In this document: positions 46,077 to 58,400 of the stretch, in pieces
How the letters are laid out: each line of letters starts with the position of its first letter
How positions within the stretch are numbered: the first letter of the stretch is position 1
From: Cyanophora paradoxa CCMP329
Lineage: Eukaryota > Plantae > Glaucophyta
Length of the DNA stretch: 64,000 nt
Reading direction: 5' to 3'
Assembly (NCBI GenBank): GCA_004431415.1
Contig: QPMI01000283.1
Span: forward strand, 1 to 64,000
Notes under the pieces: generated by a model
Told to the model about the DNA's origin: nothing
Databases searched by the model: none
The model's input: the letters and a program-made list of their open reading frames with translations, nothing else
Program-made: the position numbers and the translations under genes

Positions 46077-48530
46077 TCAGCTGGGGACGAGCTGCATGAT
46101 GACGTAGTTGCGGCGGAGGTCCTGGACGGTCCAGTCCTTGCGGCAGAGGGGGCACTTGCGTGCCGGCTGCCCGGGCCCGCCCATCTTGGAGGCGCATCCG
46201 TGGCAGATGGAGTGCCCGCACGCCAGCACGAGGGCGATGCGGCCCGCCTCCCGCGAGTAGAGCTCTGCGGGGGGGCACGCGCGTCAGCAGCCTGGCCGTG
46301 GAGGGCGCGCGCGGGGCGGGGCGGGGCGGACCGAGGCAGACGGGGCAGGTGCAGACGTCCTCGCTCTTGGCGGAGGCGGCGTCGGCGGCCCCCGAGCGGA
46401 GGGCCTCGAGGGGCGGGTAGAGCGGCTGCTCCGACGACATGTCCGGCAGCTCCGAGAGCGACGGCAGCGCCGGCAGCGGCGGGGCGCTCGCCACCGAGGC
46501 AGGCCCCGCGGCGGCCCGGGGGGCCGAGGCCACGGGGGCGGCGTGCCGCTGCTGCGCGCGCGCGGGGCGCGGGGCCGGGGGGCTGTGGGCCGGCGGGGCG
46601 GGGGAGCGGGCGGCGGGCGGTCGATGGCGTAGGTGAAGCTGCGGGGGAGGGCGTCAGGGCCGGGCGGCGGGGGCGGGGGAGGCGGGGCAAACCCGTCGAT
46701 GTCGACGAGCTCGACGTCGGCGTCGCGCACGGCGGCGGCGGGGCCCGGGCGGCGGCGGCGGCGGCGCGGCGGGAGCGGGCGCGGTAGACGTAGAGGACGG
46801 CGCCGAGGAGAGCGACGGCGACGGCGACGGCGGCGCCCGCGACGGCGTACATCGCCGCCCCGGAGAAGAGGCCGGCGGGGGCGGGCGAGGAGGAGGCCTT
46901 GGCCGAGGTGGAGGAGGAGGAGGAGGAGGAGGAGCCGGCGGTGCTCGAGGCGGAGGGCGAGAGGGCCGAGGGCGTCGTCGCCGGCGTCCCCGAGGCCGAC
47001 GAGGCCGAGCCCGGGGCGGCGAGGAGCGAGACCGAGTTGCCCTTCACCGTGCTCCCCCGCGAGTCCAGCGCCGCGCCGGAGAGGGCGGCGGGGAGGGCGG
47101 CGGCGAGGGCCGGGGTGACGGGGGCGGCGGCGGTGGACTGCAGCTCGAACTCGGCGACGACGCTGCCCGACGTGAAGCGGCGGAAGCGGACGGCCGAGGC
47201 CGGCACGGGGACAGCGCCGGCGCGGGAGGCGGCGGCGGCGATGGCGGCGGCCCAGGCGTCGGCGTAGGCCTTGTACTGGGCGGAGAAGGTCGCGAAGGCG
47301 AGGTCCACGGAGAGGGAGAGGACAGCCGAGGAGGCCGCCGCCGTCGCCGCCCCCGTCGCCGGCACCAGCGACGGCGCCGCGCTCGCCGGGTCCGAGACGA
47401 AGGGGACGGCGGCGGGGATGGCGAGGAGGACGGGGGAGGCGGCGAGGACGGGCGAGGAGGCGTCGAGCCAGGTGGCGGAGGGGCGGGAGCCCATGGCGGC
47501 GAGGGCGGCGACGGCGGCGAGCAGCGCCTCGGGGCCGAGCGAGGCGGCGTCCACCTCGGCGAGGACGAGCACGGGGAGCAGGCCGCCCTGCGAGGCCGCC
47601 AGCCGCTCGCCGCGCCGCAGCGTCCGCAGCGTCACCGCCGACGCCGGCACGCCGGCCCAGGCCGCCAGCGAGGCCCGCCAGGCGGCGGCGGCGGCGTCGG
47701 GGCGGCCGCGAGCTGGCTCCAGTCCCGCGAGACGGTGAAGTTGACCACCGCGGAGGAGGCGAGCGGGTCCCGCCCTGCGCACACGCCAGCGTCAGGGCCG
47801 GCGGACACGCGCGGGGCAGGGAAGGGCGGACCGATGGGAACGGCGGGGACGAGGGCGGGGGCGCCCTCGAGGGTCGTCGCCCGCCACGCGCTCGCGGCGG
47901 CGCTCGGAGCGGGGGTCGCCGTCGGGGCCGCCGGCTTCGGCGAGGGCGTCGCCCGCGGCTGCTGCGTCGCCCGCGGCAGCGGCGTCGGGCTCGCCGCCCG
48001 CGTCGGGGCCGGGCCCCGCGTCGGCTTCGGCGTCTCCGTCGGCTCCGGCCTGGGGCCCCAGTCCCAGTCCTCGTCTTCGTCCGGGGTCGGCTCTGCCGGG
48101 TTGGGCGTCCAGAGCGGCGGCTCCCAGCTCGGATCTGGCGACGGCCAGGGGCCCCACGAAGACTCCGGGTACGGCGACGGCAGCGGCGTGCTCGAGCTGC
48201 CCGGGGGCGGCGGCGGCGGCGGGTCGGACGGCGGGTTCTGGCAGCGCCAGCTCCACCACGGCCTGCACCCGCCGTCGTCGTCGTGCTCCTTCAGCGCACG
48301 ATGATGCGCCCCTTCCTGTAATTTAATCTCGACCGTCGGGCTGGCATCGCCCTCCGCCCTGCCGGCATCCAATTCGACGATCGGCAACCCTACTGGGAGT
48401 TAGCCAGGCCCAGCGAGCACTGGAATGGTCTGGACTCACCAAAATTCTCAACGTGACTAAATGCGACCAGCACGACCAGCACGGTCGCGGCAGCGGCGAC
48501 GAGGGCCGCGCGGCGGGGAGGGCGCGCCAT
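46077..48530 (-). CDS. Type I membrane protein: signal peptide, Pro/Thr-rich ectodomain, SEA-like modules, TM, cytosolic C3HC4 RING
   Basis: The signal peptide is MARPPRRAALVAAAATVLVVLVAF, followed by a PT/PS-rich stalk and VRFRRFTSGSVVAEF. The TM segment is MYAVAGAAVAVAVALLGAVLYVYR. The RING reads CPVCLELY...LACGHSICHGC...CPLCRKD..LRRNY. Joining needs a 1-nt correction near 47700. Confidence 0.75.
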
Positions 48531-48893
48531 GGCTCAAGGCTCCAGCTTGCCGGAGCTGCGCGTCGATGCTCTTCCTGTTGCTTCTGTGAAGTGGCGGTCG
48601 CTCCCGAGTGTCCGATCGGTCTCGCGTGCGCATGCTTCCACGTAAAGAGCGTTGCTTCCACTGAAACTTCAGGGGGGGAGAAACGCCAAACTCCATGTAC
48701 CCGTCACGCGGGTGGGGAATGAAAGCGACTGGGGTACAAGCAGCGAGCGGTTTGGCTCCTGCTATAGTGACAAACAGCTACACAGACAAGCAAGCCGAGC
48801 CGGCGAGGTGACGCGCACAGGGCGAGCGGGGCAGCCCGCGCCGGCCCCCAGGAGCCCCAGAGCTAACTTGAGACTTCACGGCCGGGAGTCGCC

Positions 48894-51800
48894 ATGCAGT
48901 TAGATAGCAGCCAGGCGACGTTCTCCTCGGAGCTAAGAAAGCTGCTCGGTGCGCCTGGCCGCGCCTCAGCGCCTGCAGACCCTGCAGCCCCTGACGGCGC
49001 CTGCAGACCCCGTGAACGCACCCGTAAAGTTCCAGGTGCAGTCGCCGTGCGCTCGTTGTGGGCGGGCGGCGTGCCGAAGCGCCTGCCCGCCGCCCCAGGT
49101 CCCCAAGAAGTGGAAGAAGAAGAAGCGTGGGGTTGGGGAGCCGGTGGAGAGCCTCCCGCGGGTGCGGTGGCGGCGTTGCGGCGCGCCGGGCTGGCCTGCG
49201 GGGCGCGGGCTGAGGGCGGGCGCGGCAGGAGTCGCTTGAGGCGCGATGGAGGGAGACGTTCTCTGTGGAGGACCGCGGGGGCCGCCTCGGCATGAACGGC
49301 GGCCGCTTGCAGTACGGGCGCGAGCGCGAGGTCAACCAGTTCCGCAAGGAGACGAAGGCGAGCCTCATGCAGAAGCGTGTCGTCCCCGAGGAGTACAAGG
49401 AGACCGTCGAGGGCTACAAGCGGACCCTCGCGGAGGACGAGCGGCGCGCCCCTTAGAGCCCCCGCCCGCCGCCGCGCCGCGCCGCTGACGCCGCGCCAGG
49501 CGGGGCATCGCTGAGTCGTCGTACTACGGGGGCCGCCCGGGCAGCCCGCTGCGGGGCGTGGGCGGCTCGCGGCCGGTGACGCCGCAGAGCGAGAACGTCT
49601 TCACTCTGCCGGCGGAGAACGGGCACGGGCGGCAGGACGCGAACATCGCGGCGGCGATGCGGGAGGCGCGGGAGCGGGAGCGCGCCCTCCAGGAGAAGCT
49701 CTACGCCGCCAAGCTCAAGGCCATCCGCTTCGGGCCCGAGGAGGGCTACGCCGCCGCCCCCTCCCTGCCCTTCGGCCCCTCGGTCAAGTTCTTCCACGTG
49801 CTCGTGCCAAAGCGGCGCAAGGCGCGCGACGAGGACGGCGCGCCGGCCCCCGGCGCCCTCGCCCGCCCCGCCTCCATCGCCGAGGCCCTCGGCGGCTCCC
49901 GCGCCGGCGGCTCGGCGGCCCGCGCCGGCCCGCCCGCCTCCGTCGCCCGGGGCGTCCCGGGCTCGGTGGTGCGCGGCTCGCCGGGGCCGGCCCCCGAGGA
50001 TGGCGGGGGCGGGGAGCGGGAGGAGGGCGGGGCCGGGGAGGAGGAGGAGGGGGAGGAGGCGGGCCCGCCGGCGGCGGCGGGGAACCTGCGGACGGGGGGC
50101 GTGCGGGTGCTCATCCCGGACACGATCGTGGTGGGGGAGCCCGAGGTGGACAGCAGCCTCTGGTACTTCACGTCGCTCCAGGACGGCCGCGTCTGCTGCT
50201 TCGACGTCCGCGCCGAGCGGGAGATCCTGCGCCAGCTCGGCCGCCCGCAGGCCCCCGGCGAGCCCGTGGCCCTCGTCAAGCGCCTGGACCCCCGCGGCGC
50301 CTGCAACCGCGTCGAGGTCCTCGACACCGCCGGCCTCGACGCCTTCGTCAAGACCAGCATGAGCGCCGGCGTCCCCTTCCTCATCCAGCGCTTCGTCCGC
50401 CCCGGCGGCCAGCGCCCGTACATCGTGCGGGCGCACTGGCGGGCCGGCCTGCCGACCATCGCGTACGTCATCTCCTCGCGGCGCTCGTTCGAGGAGGCGG
50501 CGCGGGGCCCGGGCGAGGCGAGCCTGAAGCAGCGCTACTGCGTGGACGTGGACGCCGGCCCCGCGGCGACGAGCGTGGTGCAGGTGCCGGCGGGGGGCGG
50601 CGCCTCGGGGTGGGCCCCCGCGGGGGAGATCAGCAGCGAGCTGGCCCGGCACATCGAGCGGAGCGCGCGGCCCGGCGTGCGCCTCGAGGAGCTCGTCCTC
50701 GACTTCGTGCGCGACGCCGCCGGCCGCTGGTGGCTCCTCCAGTGCAAGGCCTTTCGCGCCTCCGCCCTGCCCCGCGCCCCGGGCTCCCCGGACCCCGACG
50801 ACCCCGACGAGCCGCCCCGGGCCGCGCGGGCCCTGCAGCGGAGCGCCAGCGCGGGGGCGGCGCGGGGCGGGGCCAAGGAGGTGTGCGCGGGGGACTACTG
50901 CCGCGGCGTGCCCCCCGACGACCCCTTCCTCGTGCGCAGCCCCCGCCCCCGCTTTCGCTGCCCCGGCTGACGCGCGTGCAGGCGTCGCTGTACGCGGCGG
51001 ACGTGCCGGGCCCGACGGCGGCGCGGGAGACCAAGTTCGCGGCGCTGATGCGGGCGTCGGGCCTGGGGCACATGGTCTCCCAGGGCTCGGGCCCGCACCG
51101 GGGGAAGGCCCCGCGCGACGACTCGGACTCGTCGGTGCGCCCCGCCGTGGAGGCGGGCCTGGTAGAGGAGGCGGACTACGAGCGGGGCCTGCGGGCGCGG
51201 GTGGCGGCGGCGGGGCGCCCCGAGTACGCGGTCGCCTACCGCTCGATCGTCCTCGACCGCCGCGAGCGCCGCGACGCCGACGCCGCCCGCGCCCGCTCCC
51301 CGGAGCGCCCCGCCGCCCCCTCCTCCTCCCGCTCCCCCGACCGCCCCGCCACCGCCGCCGCCTCCGCCGCCGCCCGCCGCGCCTCGGTCCTCGCCTCGGG
51401 CGGGGACGGGAGGGGGCGGGCGGGAGGGGGCGGGGGCAGGGCCGCGGGCGGGGCGGGGCGGCGGAGGCGGCGTCGCGGTACCGGGAGGTCCCCGCGGTGT
51501 ACGTGAAGGACCGGCTCGACGTCGCCCCGCGCACCTCTACGCCCCGGCCCGCGTCTGCGAGCACTGCTACCTCGTCTACGCCCGCCTCGACGCCGCCCGC
51601 GACGCCCGCCAGGCCGCCGCCGCCGCCGCCGCCGCCGCGAGGAGCGCGCCTCCCGCGCCTCCCTCTCCCGCGCCGCCTCCGCCGCCCCCTCCCGCCGCTC
51701 CGCCGCCCGGCCCTCCACCGCCCCCGCGGGCGGGGCGCCCTCGCGGCGCCGCCCTCGCCGCCCGAGTCGCCCGGGGCGGACCCCGAGGCGTCGGGGGGCC

Positions 51801-52733
51801 TTCGGAGGGGGAGCTCGAGGTGGTGGGCCTCTCGGTGGACGCCTCGGGGCTCGCCCTCGGGGCCTCCGCGTCGGCCCCTCCCTCGGCCACCCCGCCGGCC
51901 GCTCCCGCCTCGACCCCGCCGTCCAGCGCGCCGAGCGCCCGACAGCCTCCGCCTCGAGCCTGCGGAAGCGCTTCGCGTACGCGCTGATGAACCCCGTCGA
52001 CGCGCGCGAGGCGCAGCGCCTTGGGCTGGCCCCCGCCGAGGCGGCCGCCCGGCGGCCCCTCGGGGACGTCCTCCTCTCCGACGGCCACCCGCACTCGCCC
52101 GGCGCCGCCCTCTACCCGCGCGGCGCCCGCTCGCAGTCCGCCTCGGGCTCGGCCTCGGGCTCGCGGCTGGGGCCCCGCCCGGCGACGGCCTCGGGCGCCC
52201 TCGTCGTCCGCCACACGCGCCCCGAGCCGCAGCCGCACGGCCCCCCAAGCGGCCCCCCGCCCCTACACCTTCTCCATCCTCCACACCCCGGCCCCCGGCA
52301 CGGCCCCCTCGCCGGCGGCGGAGCGGCTGCAGCGGTCGGGCTCGGCGGGGGCGTCGCGGGGGCGGGGCGCGGGGCGAGCCGGGGCGCCTCGCGGGCCTCG
52401 GAGGCGGCCTCGAGCGCCTGGGCCGACGAGATGGAGCTCGCCGCCCGCTCCCACCCGCCCCGCGCCCCCGCACCCGCCCCGCACCCGGCCCCGCCGGCCC
52501 ATGCTTCGGACGGCTCGCCGACCGCGGCCTCGGAGAAGCGGGCCCCGCTGGAGCACTCCGGAAGCGTCAACCGCACCCTCGACAATACCTCGGCGCGCCC
52601 CGCCCCGCCCGCCGCCCTCGCCTGCGGACCGGCGGCCGCTGACGGGGGCGCGGGGCCGCAGAACGTGCTCTCGGAGCTCGACGCAATGCTGGCGCAGCTC
52701 TCCCACGACCTCACCTCCTCCTCCCTCGCCTAG
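48894..52733 (+). CDS. Uncharacterised protein with possible ATP-grasp-like domain and Cys cluster
   Basis: Exons with normal splice sites encode VLIPDTIVV..WYFTSLQDGRV, FLIQRFVRPGG, LVLDFVRDAAGRWWLLQCK, CAGDYC and VCEHCYLVY. The fold assignment is inference from the motif pattern. Confidence 0.6.
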
Positions 52734-53115
52734 CCCTTCTATTCGCACGTGCACGTAGGCAGCCGAGAGGATTCGCAGCCTAGAATACATAGGTGTCTCT
52801 ATCTACATTGCGTCATTTCCAGCTTCGAATTTCTGTAGCTGCGCATGCATGCCGGCGCCGAGCGCGCGCGAGCGTATTGCCAAGTTGTGTCGAAGGCTAC
52901 TGAGCGCGGGTTCGGCGCCAGGCGGGGGTAGTTTCTGAGGGGTGCGGCGGTTACGAGTACGTACGCGCTCACCGAGGCAGCGGCGATCTCTAAGCGGTTA
53001 GAGCGTCCCAGCGACGATCACAGGTGGTGAGATCGCGCTTGCCCCGGCTGTGAGTGAAAGGAGCCTCAGGCAAGCGGTGCGATAGCAGCGAGCGCCTCGG
53101 GCCAATCGAGCTTCA

Positions 53116-55254
53116 ATGGAGCTCGAGATGCGGTCCCGGGATTGCGCGGCGTCCGGGAGCGGCGGCGCGTACGTGGTGGACGCACGCGGCTCGCCGGGCA
53201 GCTACCCGGACCTGGCGGCCGCCTGGCGGGCCGTCGAGGCCGCCGCAGAGCGCTCCCGCTCCGTGGAGATCACCGTACGCGAGGGGAAGTACACGCACAA
53301 GGGCCGCGTCCGGCTCAAGTGAGCGCCCCTGTTGCAACCTTAACGCGCGCTCGGCGCACTCGCAGCCGCGCCGGAGCGTTGAGCGGGGCGGGGCAGGGTG
53401 CAGGGGCGGGAGGTGGTGGTGCGCGGCGAAGGGCGCGCGGTGCTGCAGCAGGCCGAGGAGGACGCCGTCGCGCTCTTCGTCGAAGGGGACGGCGCCGCCG
53501 TCACCCTCCGCGACCTCACCGTCCTCGGCGGCGTCCGCTTCGAGGGCACCAAGTCCAGGCGCGCCCCGGATCGGCCCCCCGCCGATCCCCGCCAGCGCGC
53601 CCCGCCCTGACGCGCCGCAGCTGGCGGGTGGAGGCCTGCGCGGTGAGCGGGGACGGCGAGGGGAACGCGCTGCGGGCGACGGGGGACGGGTGCGCTGGGA
53701 GCCGATTGGAGGTGGTGCGGTGCCGCGTGTCGAACAGCGTCGGGTGCGCGGGGATCGCGTTCGCGGCGCCCGAGGCCAAGCTGCGCGTGGCGGCCACGGA
53801 GGTCGCCCGCTGCGAGACGGGGATCGCCCTGGGGCCCCACGACCCCGCCGCGGAGATCACGAACTGCCACATCCACGCGTGCGGCGTCGGGCTCTCCTTC
53901 GTGCGGCCCTGCGCCGCCCGCGTCGAGCGCTGCGCCCTCTGGGCGGCCCCCGTGCGCTTCACGGACGCCGAGGAGGAGGACCCGGACGCCGAGTGCGCCC
54001 CTTTCGTCGCCCTCGACGCCTGCACCGTGCCCCCCGCCCCCGCCCCGCCCCCGCCCCCGCCCCGCCCCGACCCGCCCCCTCAGATGACGCCGAGCGCCCG
54101 CCGGGCCTGCCCCGCTCCCGCCGGCCCCTTCTCCGGCCCCGTCCTGTGGCGGGTGCGCCGCGCCGCTTCGCTCCGCGCCGCGGCGGGGGGCGGGGCGAGT
54201 GGGGCCGGGCGGCAGGCGAAGCGCCCCGGGCGCTGCTGGAGGCCCTCGCGGGGGCCTTCGAGGCCGCGAACCCGCCCGAGGGCCGCCCCGCCCCGGCCCT
54301 GGGCGGCGAGGGCGGCGGGGAGGCGTACCCCCCGCCGGACGTGACGTTCCGCGTGGCGGCGGGGCCGGAGGAGGGCGCCTCGGCCTTCGTCGGGCAGGCG
54401 CCCCCCGTCGTCACCCTCCGCGCCCACTCCTTCCTCCTCCTCGTGCGCCCCCGCCCCGCCCCGCCCCGCCCCCCCTCCACCCCCGCGCCCCGGGGGCGCC
54501 TGGCGAGGGCGGGGCGGGCGCAGTTGGCGAGCGGGTACTTCCGGCGGATGTTCGGGTCGGGGATGCGGGAGGCGCGGACGCGGGTGGTGGAGGTGACGGA
54601 GTACGGCGCCGACACGCTGCGCGCCGTGCTCCGCTTCCTCTACACCGGCGAGCTCGAGGTCGAGGGCGACGCCGGCGCCGGCCCCGACCGCCCCGCCCCG
54701 CTCCTCGAGGCCCGCCCGCCCCGCCCGCCCCGCCCCCCGCCCTCGAGCTGCGGCTAACGGGGAGCTCGCGGGGGGCCCGCAGCTCCTGGACGCGGCGAGC
54801 TACTACGAGCTGGGGGCGCTCAAGGAGGCGGTGGCGGCGCTGCTGGAGACGCCGGCGGCGCTCAGCCCCGAGAGCGCCCCCGCATCGCCGAGCGCGCCGA
54901 GCGCGCCGGCTGCACAGCCCTCCGCGACGCCGCCCTCGCCGCCGCCGCCGCCGACACCGATGCCGGCACCGGCGCCGACGCCAAGGCGCGCGCGCCCACG
55001 CCCGCCGCGCGCCGCGGCCGGTGCCGGTGCCTGTCGCCTCGGAGCTGACGAGACGGCAGGACCTGGACGGGCCGGGGCAGGGCGGCGCGGGCCCTGGGGC
55101 GAAAACCGGCCTCGCCGCCGTCTCGGCGCTGGCGGAGCGGCTGAGCTTGCGGAGGGGGGTCGGCGGTGGCGGGGCGGCGGGGCCGCCCCCGAATCGCATG
55201 GCCTCTTTCACCTCGCGCCTCGCATGCATCTTCCAGCCCTCCCAGGGCCAGTAG
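53116..55254 (+). CDS. Right-handed beta-helix (pectin lyase-like) plus BTB/POZ domain protein
   Basis: The N-terminal region has YVVDARG..YPDLAAA..ITVREGKY and beta-helix rungs (CRVSNS, TEVARCETGI, ITNCHIHACGVGL). The BTB domain reads DVTFRV..LRAHSFLL-LASGYFRRMFGSGMREA..LRAVLRFLYTG..LLDAASYYELGAL. Confidence 0.85.
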
Positions 55255-55465
55255 GCAGATGCGCGTGCGTGCCGTGGCCGGGCCCAATCAACATACAATC
55301 AACCCATTGCAATTGCGAATGCTGCAACACGACACAATACCGTAATGCGGGGAGGGCCACATGCGAACACGGACCTCCACTTCATCTTCGCGGGCGCGCG
55401 CTCGCGGCGGGGCGCCCGTGCCGGGGGCCGCGCGGGGCGCGCGGGGCGGTGCGGGGGCGGGGCGC

Positions 55466-58400
55466 TCAGAGGAAGGCGAGGTCGAGCTCGTCAGAGCAGT
55501 CGCCGGCGATGTCGGCGATGTCCGCGTGCGCCTCCTCCCCGTAGGCCGCCTCCTCCACGGCGACGGCCCCCTCCATGAACGACTCGAGCACGCTCTGGCC
55601 CTCCTCCTCGTCCAGCATCAGCGAGCCCTTCGACGCCTTCGCCGACGTCTTCGCCGAGGCCGCGCTCGAGCTCGAGGCCGCCGCCGCCGTCGTCGTCGTC
55701 GTCGCCGCCGCCGCCGCCTCGGTGGTGGCGGCCGTGGTGGCGGTGGAGTTGGAGTTGGGCGCCCCGCCGGCGTTGTTGGTGAAGCCCTCCTGCTGGCCGT
55801 ACGCGTACGCGTTGCCGTTGTTCGACTTGATCTTGGTCGCGTCCGCGCCCGCGCTGCAGACCGCCGCGCAGCTGTTCTCCAGGGCCGTCAGGCGCGCCAG
55901 CACCTCCGCAACCTGAGAGTCTGTTGCCCGCCCCGTCAGATCCCGCCTCGCCCCGCCCGCGGGGCGGGCGGCCCCGCGCGGCGCACCTGTGTAGGTCTTC
56001 ATGAGGGTCAGGTTGTCCGCCTTGGTCCAGTCGACGCTGCGGGGGCCGGTGGGTGAGGGCCCGCCGCGCCGCCGCAGCGCGCTCGTCAGGGGCGCGCACT
56101 ACTCGTGGAAGGACTGGACGGCGTCGTTCTTCGCCGCGCCGATCGCCTTGAGGATCTCTGCCGCCCCCGCCCCGCCTCAGCGCCCGCCGGCGCGGCGGAG
56201 ACAGGCTGGGCGAGGGCGGGCCGACCGACTTCGCGGTAGTCGGAGTACTCCTTGGCGGTGGCGACGGCGCCCTTGGCCGCCTCCGCCGCCTGCTGCTCCG
56301 CGTACGCGCGCGCCGCGGCGATGTCCGCCGAGAGCGCTGCCGCCGCCCCGCCCGTGAGCGTGTGCGCGGGGGCGCCGGGGGTCCCGTGCGGGGCGGCGGA
56401 CCCTTGGTGGCCTCGATGAGGTTGGTGGTCAGCTTGGAGTCAAGCTTGTCGATCTCCTCGTCTGCCGGCGGGTCGCGGCGGTCAGCGGCGCCGCAGAGGC
56501 GGGGCGGGGCGCCCGGGGAGGGGGGCGGACCGGTGTACTTCATGGCCTTCTTGAGGGTGTCGTCGATGGAGGCGACGAGCTCGCCCTTGGCGGCGGCCAG
56601 GTTGCCGGCGGCCGCCGTCGCCACGCCGTCCGAGTACGCCTTGCTCTCGTTGAAGTTGTTCTCGATGCGCACGCTCAGGTCTGCCCGCCCCCGGGCCCCG
56701 TCACGACGCGCGGCGGCCCCCGGGCAGCGGACTGCAGCGGGGGCGGACCGTTCTTGGCCTCGCCGAGGGCTCCCTGCCACGCGCTCGTGATCGCCTTCTC
56801 GACGTCTGCGGGGCGCCCCGTGAGGTCCCGCGGCCGGCCCGGCCCGCCCGCGCCGCTCACCGTTAACCTTGTCGGTGGCGAAGCCCTTGGAGCGGTCCTC
56901 GGCGTCGGCGATGTCCTTGACGGTGGCGGTCCGGAGCGCTCCAATCTGCTCGTCGGTGTACTTGTTCGCCTCGCCCTTGGCGACGCCGATCTCGCCCGTC
57001 ACCGCCGTGTGCAGCTTGTCCGACACCGCGTCCGCGTGGCCCTTGGCGCTCGCCTCCGCCGCGTTGGCCGCCGCCTGGGCCGCTGCGCCCCCGCGGTCGG
57101 CCCCCGCGCCGGACCCCAGCGCGGGGCGGGTCGCTCGCACCGGCCTTGGCGCCCTCGATGTCGCCGCGCAGGGCCGACGCGGTGGTGTCCGTGTAGGCGG
57201 TGGCCGCCGCGCCGGTCTCGGCGATCTTGGCGGAGAGCGCTGCCGGCCGCCCCGTCAGCGGCGCGCCGCGGAGGGCCCGGGCGGGCGGGCGCACCGGACT
57301 CAGTGGCGACGATGTTGGCCGCGTTGATGGCGTCGGCGGCCTTCGCCGCAGACTCCACCTCGCCGAGCTTATCGTTGAGCGCAGCCGAGGCGTCGCTGAC
57401 GCCCTTCTGCCACTCCGACGTCACCTCCCCGCGCAGCGCGGCGTCCTTCTCGGTGGCGAAGCCCTTGGAGCGGTCCTCGGCGTCCGCGATGTTCTTGCCG
57501 AGCTCCTCGCGCGCCGCAGTGAGGGCGCCCGCGAACGTGTTCGACAGATCTGCGACGTGAACGTCAGGGGGAGATGCGGCGGTGGCAGAGTCGGAGATCT
57601 GGGGCCGCACTGTTGGCGGTGGTGTCGGTGTAGGCGGTGGCGGCGTTCTTGGCGGCGTCGATCTGGCCGCCGAGGGTCGCAGAGGTCTCGGCGAGGTCCG
57701 AGGCTGCCTTCTCGCCCACGGCCTTCGACGCCGTGTCAGCGAAGGTGATGGCGTCCGCCTTGGCGGCGGTGATCTCGCCCCGGAGGCCTGAGTCGCCGTC
57801 AGCGCGGCGCGGCGGGTGGCGTCCTTCAAAGGGGGCGAACCAAGCTCGACGGCGGTGATCTTGCCGTCGATGAGCTTGTCGGCATCCTTGGCGGCGGCGT
57901 CGACGGTGGCGATGTCCGTGGAGAGCGCCTTCGTGGCGTTGACCACGGCGTTCTGCCACTCCCCCGTCACGGTCTCGTGCAGCGCGGCGTCCTTCTCGGT
58001 GGCGAAGCCCTTGGAGCGGTCCTCGGCGTCGGCGATGTCCTTGACGGTGGCGGTCCGGAGCGCTCCAATCTGCTCGTCGGTGTACTTGTTCGCCTCGCCC
58101 TTGGCGACGCCGATCTCGCCCGTCACCGCCGTGTGCAGCTTGTCCGACACCGCGTCCGCGTGGCCCTTGGCGCTCGCCTCCGCCGCGTTCGCCGCCGCCT
58201 GGGCCGCTGCGCCCCCGCGGTCGGCCCCCGCGCCGGACCCCAGCGCGGGGCGGGTCGCTCGCACCGGCCTTGGCGCCCTCGATGTCGCCGCGCAGGGCCG
58301 ACGCGGTGGTGTCCGTGTAGGCGGTGGCCGCCGCGCCGGTCTCGGCGATCTTGGCGGAGAGCGCTGCCGGCCGCCCCGTCAGCGGCGCGCCGCGGAGGGC

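Noticed and set aside
47695-47710. Frameshift in the SEA-TM-RING gene, and similar ones at about 12180 and 12253 (FkbM), about 4140 (SMCHD1-like) and in the CUB gene, as pseudogenes or programmed frameshifts
   Set aside because: Those inspected fall in G/C homopolymer or GC-repeat runs, are fixed by one base, and flank intact conserved motifs. Long-read consensus indel errors are the simplest explanation; short-read polishing would confirm.
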